From: Macrostomum lignano
Lineage: Eukaryota
Length of the DNA stretch: 64,000 nt
Assembly: GCA_002269645.1 (NCBI GenBank)
Contig: NIVC01003300.1
Coordinates: 41,296-105,295 of the forward strand
Direction of reading: 5' to 3'
In this document: positions 1 to 12,500 of the stretch, in pieces
Layout of the letters: each line of letters begins with the position of its first letter
Position numbering within the stretch: the first letter of the stretch is position 1
Program-made: the position numbers and the translations under genes
The notes under the pieces: generated by a model
Told to the model about the DNA's origin: nothing
Database searches by the model: none
What the model saw: only the letters and a program-made list of their open reading frames with translations

Positions 1-692
1 TTTGGTTTGTTGGGGATCAGCTTTAATGAGTGTGTACAGATAGTTATTCTTTAGAAACATTTTTTTAGAAAATGTTGTATTTGAAAGTAGGTCCCTATGG
101 TAATTCATTTAAACATATATACTATTAGAAATGTTTTAAATAGTATAAATATTTTTTTTTCAATTGTTTAAAACCATACTAAAAGGCCTATAAATATATA
201 AGCAGCTAGCAAGAAAAGAATCAACTTGTTACTTGGTCCAGTAGCTATGAATTGGAATTTGAATCATTTAAAATCTAAAGCATTATTACTGACTTAGTTA
301 TTTGGAAGCTTTAAAAGCCCCAAGATTGGGAGAACTGACTCCATTCTTAGAGAATGAGACATCTAGATTTAGAATATAAGAAATCACCTTAGAAGGAAGA
401 AATCCTACCATAGCCCATAGGGTAGAATAGTCTGGACTCGGTCTAAGAAACCTACCTCAGGGTAAGAATACCCAATAAATAAGCTGTGACCCTCTGATCC
501 TGGGAATGCCTACGACTAAGAGAAAACCTTTAGAGGAATAGAATAGGATATTTATAAGAAAAGAGTAGACAAGTACTATAAGACCACTTAGGCTAGAAGT
601 AAAGTACATATATATACATGTAGATAAATTTATGCACTACCAATAAAAGTATATAATGGTAAGATCATTTCAGAAGATAGAAATTATCCCTA

Positions 693-717
693 TTACAACT
701 TTTGGTATCAGTAGCAG
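693..717 (+). mobile_element. Possible LTR 3' end plus primer-binding site of a heavily decayed LTR retrotransposon
   Basis: TTACA (693-697) is followed 5 nt later by TGGTATCAGTAGCAG (703-717), the usual LTR-end/PBS spacing. No second LTR or recognisable gag/pol was found. Confidence 0.25.
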
Positions 718-1479
718 AATAGTTTAGATAGACTGTCACTGGATCATCTTGTTGCCAGATTGTCTAGAAGCCAAGAAGCAGAGCAGCACCCCTACCACAA
801 ATTTTCTATAAAGTTCTAGATTTGAATTTTCTAGAAACCGCGAGAAATCTTGACAACAGAATGTAAGTACTGGAAACCTGAAATTCATAAGAAAATCTTA
901 GACTTAGGTTGAGCCTGAGGGTGAGTTAGGACCCAAAGTAGGGCAAAGATAAAAATAACAAAATAGGGACTTCTTGAACTTTAATTATACTTAAGTAAGT
1001 GGTTTAGTGGTGCAAAAAGATCAAGAATTAATATACTTAAAACTCTTCTACTGCATCTAGATTACTAGACATTATAATCGATTGAAGACTAGATAGGCCT
1101 ACATAAAATCAATCTCCATGAAGAATCTTGTCACACTAAAATCCCTACCCGATGCTCTATTTGTTCAACGAAAATAGATTATATAAATGATGAAGAAAAC
1201 TTAGACGAAAGATATAAAATGTTTTCTGTAGTTCTAGAGCTGCAGAGCACCTCCATTTAGAATACTTAACTTCCAGCCAGCATTCTCGGAAATTCCATTG
1301 ATTTAAATGGTTCACTAAATAAAAGCTAAGACATGATAATATTTTCTACACTCTTTAGACTCTAATTTTATACACATATTGATTTTTAAAAATAGCAAAT
1401 GTTATTTTATTCATTTTGTACATATTTTTTTAGATTTATCACACGGAAATACACATTCCTGTAAAGTTGTAAACCACAC

Positions 1480-1752
1480 CTTTCTTCGCAGCAATTCAAT
1501 TTCCATCAATTTAGTCGATTTTCCTGTTTTGATCTCCTCAAGTCGTCGAGATGCTTCCTTATCTGCTATAAGCCAGATATTTTCTGTTGTTTTCCTTATT
1601 TGGAATTCTGTAATATTTTTTCTTACTTCCTCGTTCCTTATTTTCTATGAATAGTCCTGTGATGCCTTTATGCTCAAGACTGCTAGTGTTTCCTGGTTCC
1701 TGAAGGAGACTATTATCTCCTATATTTGTGGCCTAATTATATTCAATGCAAG
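1480..1752 (-). pseudogene. Decayed coding exon (273 nt, phase 0-0) of an unidentified protein
   Basis: Minus-strand acceptor ttttttaaaccacag| at 1753 and donor AAG|gtgtgg at 1479. Translation LALNIIRPQI*EIIVSFRNQETLAVLSIKASQDYS*KIRNEEVRKNITEFQIRKTTENIWLIADKEASRRLEEIKTGKSTKLMEIELLRRK has two TAG stops. Confidence 0.35.
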
Positions 1753-2476
1753 CTGTGGTTTAAAAAAAGATTATTAAATATTATCAAATAAAAACTATTA
1801 GTAGGTTTTTATTTTTAAAAAATGTTTTTATATTCCTTAATTACTATTAATAATATTATTATGTGAAAAATCCAAATACTTTAATAACTTTATTGGTGTA
1901 TGTTTTCAATAAAAAGACTTGTTCTTGCTAAAAAAATTAGTAATTGTTGCAAATTATATGTATAAAAATCTAATCTAGTTCTATGAAATATTTTATATAT
2001 TGATTATGCGTAAGACTTAATCAAGTAATAAAAAATAGATTTTTGTTTTATTATATCATAGTTTAATTTACAAAACCTTTAAATCTTTATATTAGGTAAA
2101 TTGTAAAGCCTACTTCAATAATTTTTGCCTAATTTTGTTTTTAAGCAAAAGTTGGCAAGCATATTTATAATCAAAAGTAAGTTAATATGCCAAATATAGT
2201 ATGTTTATATATAATTAACATATTTTTTTCCTAAAGTGCTAAACTAACTATATTATACCAGATCAATAAACATAAAAGCTTGAGAATTATAGTTATTAAA
2301 AAGTGAAAGTATATAAGATGTGAATCAGGAAAAGAAGTGTCATTTGTAAATAGATTTCAAATCTTTAAAGCCAAAACTGTTATCAAATTTTCCCCTTCAG
2401 AGCTTGCAGACAGTCATAGGAGACTAACTATTTGCTAGATAACAAACAAGTCTAAAAAAACAACAGTTCAAGCTTA

Positions 2477-5400
2477 ATGGCGGACTTGGACACAGACAGT
2501 TCGAGCTCGGGTGGCTGGTCCAACTCTGGTGGTGAGGCTGAAGCGCCGGCGGCTGCTGCGGCAGAGGCTGCGGTTGCAGTGGCGGTGGCGACTGCGGCGG
2601 CGGAGTCGGCCAGCAGCTCCTCCAATGCCGACCCAGAAGAGGCTTTGGCAGTGGCGGCGGCTGCTGAATCTGAGGCGGACAGCAGCGAAGAGGACGAAGG
2701 CAACCCGTTCGACGCGATTCGCGAAGGCCTGGACCGGCTGGCCGGCAGCGAGGCAGAGCGCCAATTCGTGGCCGACTTCGTCTCCAGCGACGCTGTGGCG
2801 CTGCTGTGCGACCTGACGGAGTTCCTGGACACCGAGCTGCAGACATTCCGGCTAAGCGACCAGTTCAAGGCCAGCGTGGCCGGCCTGTCCGAGCTGGTGG
2901 CCGAAGCCATAGAGTCCATCGATGCTGAACGGCTGTCTGGCGAGTTTCAGGTGAGCGTTGAATGATTAGTCAAGGCAGCAGTTTTTATATTTGTCCTCCA
3001 ATTTCCCAATTTTGCTGCTCGGCCTCGAAAAAATTTGACGCAAAAGTTTTTTGCCCTTAAAATGAAACTTCAAAAACAAAATTATTTTTAAAGAGCAGAT
3101 TTTTTTCTTCAAAATAAGACAATTGGCAATAAAATCTGTTAGTTACATAATCTGGGATCTCGGGATCTAGAGCCATAGCATCCGGGATTGGGGATTTAGA
3201 GTCATAGCATCCGGGATCTTGGGGATTTAGAGTCACAGCATCCGGGATCTGGGATCTAGAGTCATAGCATCCGGGATCTGGGGATCTAGAGTCATAGCAT
3301 CCGGGATCTGGGGATTTAGAGTAATAGCATCCAGGATCTGGGAATCTAGAGTCATAGCATCCGGGATCTGGGGATCTAGAGTCATAGCATCCGGGATCTG
3401 GGGATTTAGAGTCATAGCATCCAGGATCTGGGGATCTAGAGTCATAGCATCCGGGATCTGGGGATCTAGAGTCATAGCATCCGGGATTTAGGGATTTGGA
3501 GCCATTGCATCCGGGATCTGGGGATCTAGAGCCATAGCATCCGGGATCTGGAGATTTTGAGCCATATCATCATAAATCTGGTAACTGAAATGATTCTCAC
3601 CTGTCATTACTCGCCATCAACCCGCACTCGCAGCCGGACGTCTCTGAGCTGACGAGCCTGCTATCCTCGATGAAGCTGTCCAGCTTCCTAGCCAGCATGG
3701 CCGAGGTCGCCAAAGGCGAGTACGAGCCGGAGCTTGGCGAGCTGCCAGAAGATTTCTTCGATGAGTACAGCTCGGGCAGCGAGGACAGCAACTCGGTGGA
3801 TTCATCCGACAGGGAAAGTGAGTCGTCGGTTAAGAGGGGGGAGTACTTGACTTACTTGACTTGACTTAGCTGCAGGGTGGTCCGTAGACACAGCGGGGAG
3901 GCAAGGGTTACCCGATCCGCTAGCCCCTGAAGGCCCTCAAACAGGCAGAGGCGTGGGGCCAGTCAAGGCGGTCCGCCAGTCCAGCGTTATCTTCTGTAGG
4001 GAAGAAAGAGGCTCGTCTTGTCGCCCGGAGGAGCCGGATGAGCCGTGGGATGCTGTCGGGCTGGCAGACCTCGTCAATAGACGGGTTCGGCCCGATGTAG
4101 CGTAGCCGGTCTCTGGTAAAGAAAGGGCAGTGACAGACAAAGTGCTGAGCATCTTTATTGTTCGCAAAAGGGCAAAGTTCACTCTCGAGGTCGCCTGGGA
4201 GGAAGCAGTGCTGTGAAGTGTTTGTTTGTCTTTAGCTTTTAGCGGAGGGGTGTTTTCAAAAGTGCGGAAGACGGGTGGCGGGCTACCAAACGACTCTCCT
4301 TTCTTTAAACACGAATTGATTCTCCACAAAGGCTTCCGCGTCCCTTCGAACTCCGCGGCCGCCGCCTCCGCCGCCTCACCCCTGGTCGCCGGGGGCGTCA
4401 ACGGCGACGCTCCGGACACGACGCGGTCGCGACCGAGCGGCAAGCAGGTCAGCTACATCGGCCTGCCGCCTGAGCAGCCGCAGCCGCCGCCTCAGCAACG
4501 GCATTCCTCTGTGCAATTGCGCAACCCCAGCGGCTTAGGCGGAGCCTCGAACTCTGCCTATCGGCATAGCAACCTGGTGGAACGCCAGGTGTCAATCAAT
4601 AAGGATCCCAGCGAGCCGCTCGGCTTCACCGTGGCCAGAGAATACGTGGCCCAGTACGACAAGCAGATGATCATGGTTGAGCGGGTCATGATGGACGGCC
4701 CCATCGATAGGGAGGGCGTGTTTCAGGTGAGTCTCGGCTCGCTCGACAAACCCGAATGTTCACAGATTAACACAAGCATTGTTTAAAAACCCAAACCTTT
4801 AAAATCCGAGTGTTTACGAACCCAGAATATTCACAACTTTTAATGTTCACAAACCTAACACTATAGTCCACATCCCTAAATCTTCACAAACCTGAATTTC
4901 CACATCCCCAAATCTTCACAAACCTGAATTTTCACATCCCCAAATCTTCACAAACCTGAACGTTCACATCCCCATGTCTTCACAAACCTGAATGTTTACA
5001 TCCCCAAATGTTCATAAACCTGAATGTTCATATGCCAGAATGTTCACAAACCTGACCTTTCACATCCCCAAGTCTTCACAAACCTGAATGTTTACATCCC
5101 CAAGTCTTCACAAACCTGAACGTTCACATGCCCAAATCTTCAAAAATCGGCAACTTTTCGAACCGCAGGTGGGCGACCTGATCACAGAGATCAATGAGCA
5201 GCCGCTGGAGTCGCCAGAAGCTCTTCAACGAATGCTTCGCCAGCTGTCGGGCAACGTGACCTTCACTGTCCTCACTCCAGCCTTTAAAAGTGTGCGATCT
5301 GACCACAGCACCGTGTACCTTCGAGCCTGCTTCGAGTACCGGCCGGACTTTGACACCCTGCTGCCCACCCGGGATCTGGGACTCCGCTTCGTCTGCGGCG

Positions 5401-7484
5401 ACATCCTGCAGGTGGTGAACCAGGAGGACCCGAACTACTGGCAGGCGCGGCTGGTTGGCAAGCCCGGCAAGACCAAGCTGATCCCCTCGCAGCAGCTCGA
5501 GGAGAAGCGCAAGGCATTCATCCCCGTGCGCAAGGATGCGCAGGCCCGGCAGGCCAGTGGTGAGCGAGGAATTTGGGAGGGAGTGGCTGAGCACACTGTA
5601 TTAGTAATTTAGCTTTGAAGTTGTTATACCCATATATATTAAATTATTTGTCCTATTTTAATCTTGAATAAATTATTCCATTTTTAAGTTGCAAAGACGT
5701 AAACTTTACATAGATTTAACCTTGATTTTCTGTTATTGCTTTGCTATCTACTATGAGTAGCCCGTTGAAAATGTTACCGTGACAAAAATCGCTAAAAAGT
5801 CATTGCAAACAACGCACGAGTGACTCTCTAGCGATTCTAGAGCGACTCTTGTAACCGTTTAGCGACTCCAAAAAAAACGATTGTAATACACTGGAAAGGC
5901 GAATCGAGTTGTATAAAGTCGTCAAAGAGTCTTCATGTTAGCGCTGAACTCTCTACTAACTCAAGTAGACTAAATAGAGTTGCTGTAAAAGCAAAATGCG
6001 ATTCTAATGCACAAAGTGACTCCAGCACGCCTAGCTTAGCTAATTTTTTTATTTCCCACTTATATTTATTCATGGCACCTGATTATAGCGCACCTATTAT
6101 ATTATCAGCTCAGCTAATTCGCTTGGCAACGCACTAATACGCACGGCCGCCCCCCCTCTCTCTTCCTCGTCAATCCCCCTGCCCGAATCCAGCGGCCTCC
6201 TGCGCCCCACTTGCAGCTGGCAAGCAGCCGGGCAAGGGCAGAGTGAAGAAGACCATCTTCAGCGCCGAGACTGCAGCCGAGTTCGACCGGGCGGAGATCT
6301 GGACCTACGAGGAGGTGGTGATGTGCCCGCCGGAGCCGCTCACCTGCCTGGTGCTGGTCGGGCCGCCCGGCATCGGCCGGCGCACGGTGAAGAAGTGGCT
6401 GTGCCAGCGCCTGCCAGACAGGTTCGCCGAGGTCAAGCCGGTCAGCAGCAACTCCAGAAGGCGAGACGGCGCCGCCCATGCCAGCAAGGAGGCCATGCGG
6501 AAGGCCATCGCCGCCGGCGAGTTCCTGGAATACGGCGACTTCCAAGGCGAGCTAATCGGAGTCCGACTGGCCGACATTGAGGCCGTGTCGCGGCCGCGGT
6601 TGCAGGAGGACGACGGTGAGGAGGAGCGGCTGACGGCGGTGGTGGACTGCCTGTGCCCGTCCATCAAGCTGCTGCGCAGCGGCCGCTTCAAGCCCTACGT
6701 GGTGTTCATGGCCGCGCCAGCCGTGGAGATCCAGCAGGTGCGTGGGCGGTTTTATATTTGAATTCTGAGACTTGTCATCGCGTTCTAAGAATTCGCCTTC
6801 TGATAGAATGGAACTGCTAGCCATTTAAATATTGGGTTTTAAGTTATTCTTGCATTTTTTCTTTCTTAAGTAATCGGGCTTCAAATCCCCCTGTAAAGAT
6901 TTTATTCGAATCCTAAAGTTTATAATCGGCCTTCAAATTCTTAAAATCTGTCTTAGAATTTTTAATCAAGACTTAATCAAGAATCGGCCTTCAAATCTTG
7001 TGTCAAGAATCGGCTTTCAAATCTTTAGTGAAGAATCGGCCTTTAAGTCCTTAATCAAGAATCGGCCTTTAAAAATTTAGTTAATAATCGGCCTTCAAAT
7101 ATTTAGTCAAGAATCGGCCTTCAAATCTTCAGTCAAAAATCGGCCTTCAAATCCTGATTCAAACAGCTGTTCTATACTCAGTTAGAATCGGCATTCCCCA
7201 TGACTGTGACTTTTAATGCATCCCCCTTGCAGGTGCTGCAGGACAAGGGCCGATCGCAGGGCGTCCTGAGCCGCACGCGGACCCAAGAGGAGATGCAGCG
7301 CGCGGTGAACAAGAGCATCCGGATGGAGCGGCTGTACCGTCCCCTGTTCGACCTGGCCGTTCTGTGCGACAACTTGGAGTCGGTCTATCAGAAAATTGTC
7401 ACCTGTGTTGAATCTGTGGAGGCCAACGGCAGGTGGCTGCCCGCCAGTTGGGTGAACGACATGGAGGACCAGCCCACTGCTTGA
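2477..7484 (+). CDS. MPP6-like: MAGUK p55-subfamily scaffold (MPP2/MPP6-PALS2/varicose-like): L27-PDZ-SH3-HOOK-GUK, 770 aa
   Basis: Six exons with GT-AG boundaries and matching phases: 2477-2950, 3634-3817, 4236-4726, 5169-5559, 6217-6737, 7233-7484 (2313 nt). Motifs: L27-like PDVSELTSLLSSMKLSSFLASMAEVA; PDZ EPLGFTV...GVFQVGDLITEINE; SH3 YLRACFEYRP...LGLRFVCGDILQVVNQEDPNYWQAR...LIPSQQLEEKRKAF; HOOK AEFDRAEIWTYEEVV; GUK LVLVGPPGIGRRTVK...GEFLEYGDFQG. Confidence 0.92.
3155..3570. repeat. 30-bp minisatellite in MAGUK intron 1
   Basis: Unit gatctggggatctagagtcatagcatccgg, about 13 copies. Confidence 0.95.
3842..4155 (-). mobile_element. 5'-truncated 3' end of a non-LTR retrotransposon (C-terminal Cys/His knuckle region plus short-repeat tail) in MAGUK intron 2
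   Basis: Minus frame reads DAQHFVCHCPFFTRDRLRYIGPNPSIDEVCQPDSIPRLIRLLRATRR...FRG*, matching the H-x-x-x-x-CP-x-x-x-x-x-R end of LINE ORF2. It is followed by an (AAGTC/AAGT)n tail at 3842-3869. Confidence 0.65.
4860..5140. repeat. 32-bp minisatellite in MAGUK intron 3
   Basis: Unit approximately acaaacctgaatgttcacatccccaaatcttc, about 8 copies. Confidence 0.9.
6870..7155. repeat. Degenerate 26-bp minisatellite in MAGUK intron 5
   Basis: aagaatcggccttcaaatc recurs every 26 bp (6979, 7005, 7031...). Confidence 0.85.
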
Positions 7485-8149
7485 ATGTGGCAACCACTGG
7501 TTAGTAACCGTGATGTTTACGTTAGTTACCTTGTTTTTTATCGAACGATTCAGCCGATTCCAATGACGTGTTTCAATATATTCGCTTTGCATCTACTTAG
7601 AGTAGGCAGTACCGAGTTTCTTTAGCTTTATATTTATCATGTTGTAGCAACACGCTTGGTCTGTTTGATTCCGCGCTTAAAATGATTAATTCGAAATGAA
7701 TGCGACTGCAGTCAGCAGAGTTCTGTTGCTCAAATTTTAAATTAATTTGATTTCTCAACTGACGCCGTGTTCTATCAATAATAATGTGTCATTTATCTGA
7801 CATATGGCCGCTAATTGATCCACCTTTTATCCTTATCTAATCTTCCAGACTGTTGTTACTGACTTTTAACGTTGTTTTTTACTAATAATTGATTAGGCGT
7901 TACAATTATTTTCACCGATTTACTTTTTCTGTACTAACTGGTTGAGTAGGCTTCGAGTTTTAGTTCTGTTTTATTTACTTATTAACTCATGCCGCTTTTT
8001 TATCTTGCTGTGATGCTAGCGTTTAATCCGTTTAGTTTGTTTTGTTTTATTGACACTGGCTTCTCTTGGTTTCACTATGATATAACTGCCCGCTCATTAT
8101 CAGGTGTAATCGGGAGCTTCACGTGCTCCTCAAGGGTGTTAAAAAATTC

Positions 8150-8630
8150 TTTTAATTGGCGCCGCTTTAAGGGTTTAATTGGCGCCGCTGTAAGGGTTTA
8201 ATTGGCGCCACTTTAAGGGTTTAATTGGCGCCGCTGTAAGGGTTTAATTGGCGCCGCTGTAAGGGTTTCATTGGCGCCGCTGTAAGGGTTTCATTGGCAC
8301 CGCTGTAAGTGTCTAATTAGCGTAGCGCCGCTCTAAGGGTTTAATTGGCGCCGCTGTAAGTGTTTAATTAGCGCCGCTCTAAGGGTTTAATTGGCGCCGC
8401 TGTAAGTGTTTAATTGGCGCCGCTTTAAGGGTTTAATTGGCGCCGCTGTAAGGGTTTAGTTGGCGCCGCTGTAAGAGTTTAATTGGCGCCGCTGTAAGTG
8501 TTTAATTGGCGCCGCTTTAAGGGTTTAATTGGCGCCGCTGTAAGGGTTTAGTTGGCGCCGCTGTAAGAGTTTAATTGGCACCGCTGTAAGTGTCTTATTA
8601 GCGCCGCTGTAAGGGTTTAATTGGCGCCAA
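8150..8630. repeat. 23-bp minisatellite
   Basis: Unit aagggtttaattggcgccgctgt, about 20 copies. Confidence 0.95.
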
Positions 8631-9334
8631 AGTTTCGGATAAGCCAGAATAAGCTCTCAGGCACATTTGAGGGCCTGAGAGTTCTCTCTGTTATAAGTCC
8701 TTTGTTCATCTTTGGTCAGCAGGTAGAATTCCACTGTCTCTAATTAATTAATTGACCCATTCCGACACATTCCATAAATTTGTACGCTTTTTCATTTTGC
8801 CTTAATTGCTGATTTATTATTCTTATTTGTGTGTGACGTTTTTATTAAATATAAGTTTTCGTTTGCATGACCCCACACCTGCTTTTGCAGTATTTTTCAT
8901 TATATTATCATTGCCCTAAATTATATTAACATTAAACTGCCTGCTTAATATATAATAACTACCTGTAAATACCTGTAACGATACGCATCGCGCGAACCGG
9001 TTTTGCGGTGAAACTAAAATATTTTGTACTTTAATTTCGACTTTTTTCTTTGTGGCTTCTCATCAACAATGCGAGACGATTCACGAGCTACTTTTTACTG
9101 TACTATATATAGCGAACTGTAAACTTTTAACTAGTTTCTATGTCACCTTTGTAGCATTCCTATTGTGCTTACGTACTCGTATATTGATTTTAGTACTGTC
9201 AGCTCCATCAATTGTATTCTCGAGGTCAAAATACAGGAACTGCTGCGATGTATTTAGGTATTCATTATTAAGATATTAAGATGCTTTCGGTTGATGAAAT
9301 TTCTTGTACTAGCTTGCCGCGGCTAATGGTGAGG

Positions 9335-10358
9335 GATTTTGGGAAGCGGAGGGTAAGGGTGAGGGATCTGGGAAGCGGAGGGTAAGGATGAGGGATCTGG
9401 GAAGCGGAGGGTAAGGATGAGGGATCTGGGAAGCGGAGGGTAAGGATGAGGGATCTGGGAAGCGGAGGGTAAGGATGAGGGATCTGGGAAGCGGAGGGTA
9501 AGGATGAGGGATCTGGGAAGCGGAGGGTAAGGATGAGGGATCTGGGAAGCGGAGGGTAAGGATGAGGGATCTGGGAAGCGGAGGGTAAGGATGAGGGATC
9601 TGGGAAGCGGAGGGTAAGGATGAGGGATCTGGGAAGCGGAGGGTAAGGATGAGGGATCTGGGAAGCGGAGGGTAAGGATGAGGGATCTGGGAAGCGGAGG
9701 GTAAGGATGAGGGATCTGGGAAGCGGAGGGTAAGGATGAGGGATCTGGGAATAAGAGGTTAGCAGCGGGCTAAGGATGAGGGATCTGGGAATAAGAGGTT
9801 GGCAGCGGGCTAAGGATGAGGGATCTGGGAATAAGAGGTTGGCAGCGGGCTAAGGATGAGGGATCTGGGAAGCGGAGGTTAGCAGCGGGCTAAGGATGAG
9901 GGATCTGGGAATAAGAGGTTGGCAGCGGGCTAAGGATGAGGGATCTGGGAAGCGGAGGTTGGCAGCGGGCTAAGGATGAGGGATCCGGGAATAAGAGGTT
10001 AGCAGCGGGCTAAGGATGAGGGATCCGGGAATAAGAGGTTAGCAGCGGGCTAAGGATGAGGGATCTGGGAATAAGAGGTTAGCAGCGGGCTAAGGATGAG
10101 GGATCCGGGAATAAGAGGTTAGCAGCGGGCTAAGGATGAGGGATCTGGGAATAAGAGGTTAGCAGTGGGCTAAGGATGAGGGATCCGGGAATGAGATGTT
10201 AGCAGTGGGCTAAGGATGAGGGATCCGGGAATGAGATGTTAGCAGTGGGCTAAGGATGAGGGATCTGGGAATAAGAGGTTAGCAGCGGGCTAAGGATGAG
10301 GGATCCGGGAATAAGAGGTTAGCAGCGGGCTAAGGATGAGGGATCTGGGAAGAAGAGG
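9335..10358. repeat. Composite 29-bp/40-bp minisatellite
   Basis: gagggatctgggaagcggagggtaaggat (29 bp) up to about 9750, then gagggatctgggaataagaggttagcagcgggctaaggat (40 bp). Confidence 0.95.
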
Positions 10359-11064
10359 TACGCTCGTAGCTTCGCTAAAACGACAATTAGCAATCTGTAA
10401 CGAAGTTAAAGTTCTGATCTTAAGTATATACACGAATAAATCCTAAAACTTGTGCAGCACACAAAGCTTTATTTACTGTACATCATATGTATATCATTTC
10501 CCAGTGGCTATGCGTCTGTCATAAAAACTTATTTTCTATACCAAAAGCCACCTTCATAGCATTAGAAAATACGATCGCGTACGAGTACTTTTTAGTGGCT
10601 CAGTCAGCTGGCTCTCTGAGCTTGGGCGCCAAGAATTAGCTATACTGTTCCTACCCAAAAATATTCGCTTCTTACAGACTTACAGCACTACATTCCCAAA
10701 TTCTTCTCATTATAATTATGTGAGCGTATGCAGTGTCTGCAGCTATCCTGCACTCCGTTTACTGTATTGAATAGACATTCCGTTTTAATGGCAATTTTTG
10801 CTACACGATTCAAGTTGCTGATACTTTTTGTATTAAATATAACGAAAAGGGAGATGATTTTATCAAAGAATCCAGCCATTGCAGCCAGGAATGATTTACT
10901 GACAATATTTTGTCTGTATCATCTCTACTTGTTAGTTTTTTGCTATTTTAAGATGCATTTATAGTTAATTCTTTATTAAGTGGTTGAGTAAGCTATATGT
11001 ACGTAAATTCATCAAGAATTAGACAACTTTTTTGCGTCGACGGACTTCTCTAAGTTTTCTACAC

Positions 11065-12500
11065 AAGTATACAACAAAAAATACACGGTCAGCGTCACAG
11101 GGTTCGCCTCAGGGCCAGGTCGCGAACGAACACCACGCCGCCGGCCGAATCCGGGGCGCCGTCGTTAGTGAACTAGTCGACGAAACGCCGAGTGCGCGCC
11201 TGTCCCCGCCGGTAGGGTGCTTGCCGCATCAGCAGCACCTGCACTGGCTGTGGGCAGGTTACTTAGACAGACCAGGCCGGCGCGGTGATACAAAGCCGCG
11301 TTGGTCACTCGCTCGTATCCGATCTTGAAGGCGGCGCCCAGCAGGCCAGCGTGCGCCGCGTCAACTTGTTGCTCGAGCGACTCCGTCAGCGTCCAGGTCT
11401 CGGCGTTGTACAGCAGGACGGTCTCGGCCACCGCCTGGAAAAACGCCGCCCTCTAGCGGTCAGGTACGGCCTTGGACTGCAGGACTGTCCTCACAGAGCG
11501 AAGACAGCCCAGGCAAGCCCGTGGCGACGCCGCAAATCCTCGCGGACGCCGGGATCCAGACCGCCGAGGTAGACGAACTGCTGACAACGCGGAAGCTCTG
11601 TCGCCTTTCCATCAGCACAAAATTGCACGCCGGCACATCTGGCGCGCAGAGTACGACGGTTTTCTGCGTGTTGACCACGAGGCCGACACTCGCCGCAACA
11701 TCAAATGTAGTTTTTTGCAGTTGTCGCTGGGCGCATTCGACAGTTGAGGACAGCAGAGGGCGAGATCGTCGACATATAGCCAACCATGCTGAGCCGCCTC
11801 TCCGGTTGACGTCTACCCACGCGTCACCGCAACAGAAAGCCGGCGTCGGTCAAGCACCAGAACTAACAGGAACGGCGCGAACGTATCTCTTTGAAGCAAC
11901 CCGGAGGACGTCTCAAAGAAGTCTGATAGGCCGTCCGGTGTTGGAACAGCAGCTTGCGTATCGTGGTACATCGCCATGATAGCGGAGATACGCCGCTCTT
12001 TGGCACGTTGTACGCTCGGAGCTCCTTTAGGAGCACAGAACTGACGACCGAGTCGAATGCCTTCTTGAAATATATGAAGATGAAAATCAGGATCGATTGG
12101 CGTACCCGTGCCTCCTCCATGACTCGGCGAAGAGCTGGGATCTACGTCACTGTGCTGCGATGGGACGATGAGTTCTTCTCAGGACGCAAGTACGGATCCA
12201 GCACCGTTGCTACAACCCCGTTACCAGCAGCATCGAGTTGAATAACTTCGCAGCGCAGGAGTGAAGGCAGATGCCTCGATACTTCTCAAGCTTTATGGTG
12301 CCCGGCAATTCTTAGGAATTGCGACGATGTACGTCGTGGTCCATTCTTTGGGTGCTCCTCACCGAAGAGCACGCGATTCATCACTCTGCATGGCGACCTC
12401 CCTCAAGCTGGCCACACAATGATGCGCAGCCCCTCGATGGGCATGGGCACTGCACCTCGTCCGGACCCAGCACTTTCCCGCCTGGTGGCTGGTGACATCA
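11065..12500 (-). mobile_element. Degenerate 5'-truncated RTE-like non-LTR retrotransposon (reverse transcriptase region)
   Basis: Broken minus frames give ILIFIYFKKAFDSV and [14 protein letters not shown]. The DNA aligns by eye with 52852-54199 (for example cctgtccccgccggtagggtgc occurs in both). It carries many indels and stops. Confidence 0.85.

Noticed and set aside
1149-1314. Second possible decayed exon on the minus strand
   Set aside because: It has plausible AG/GT ends, but two different frames look equally protein-like and neither matches the phase of the 1480-1752 exon.
2424-2919. Antisense and alternate-frame ORFs over GC-rich exons (also 5124-5594, 6114-6691, 33757-34131, 40336-42306, 53594-54282)
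   Set aside because: They are shadow frames of the identified genes or of the RT.
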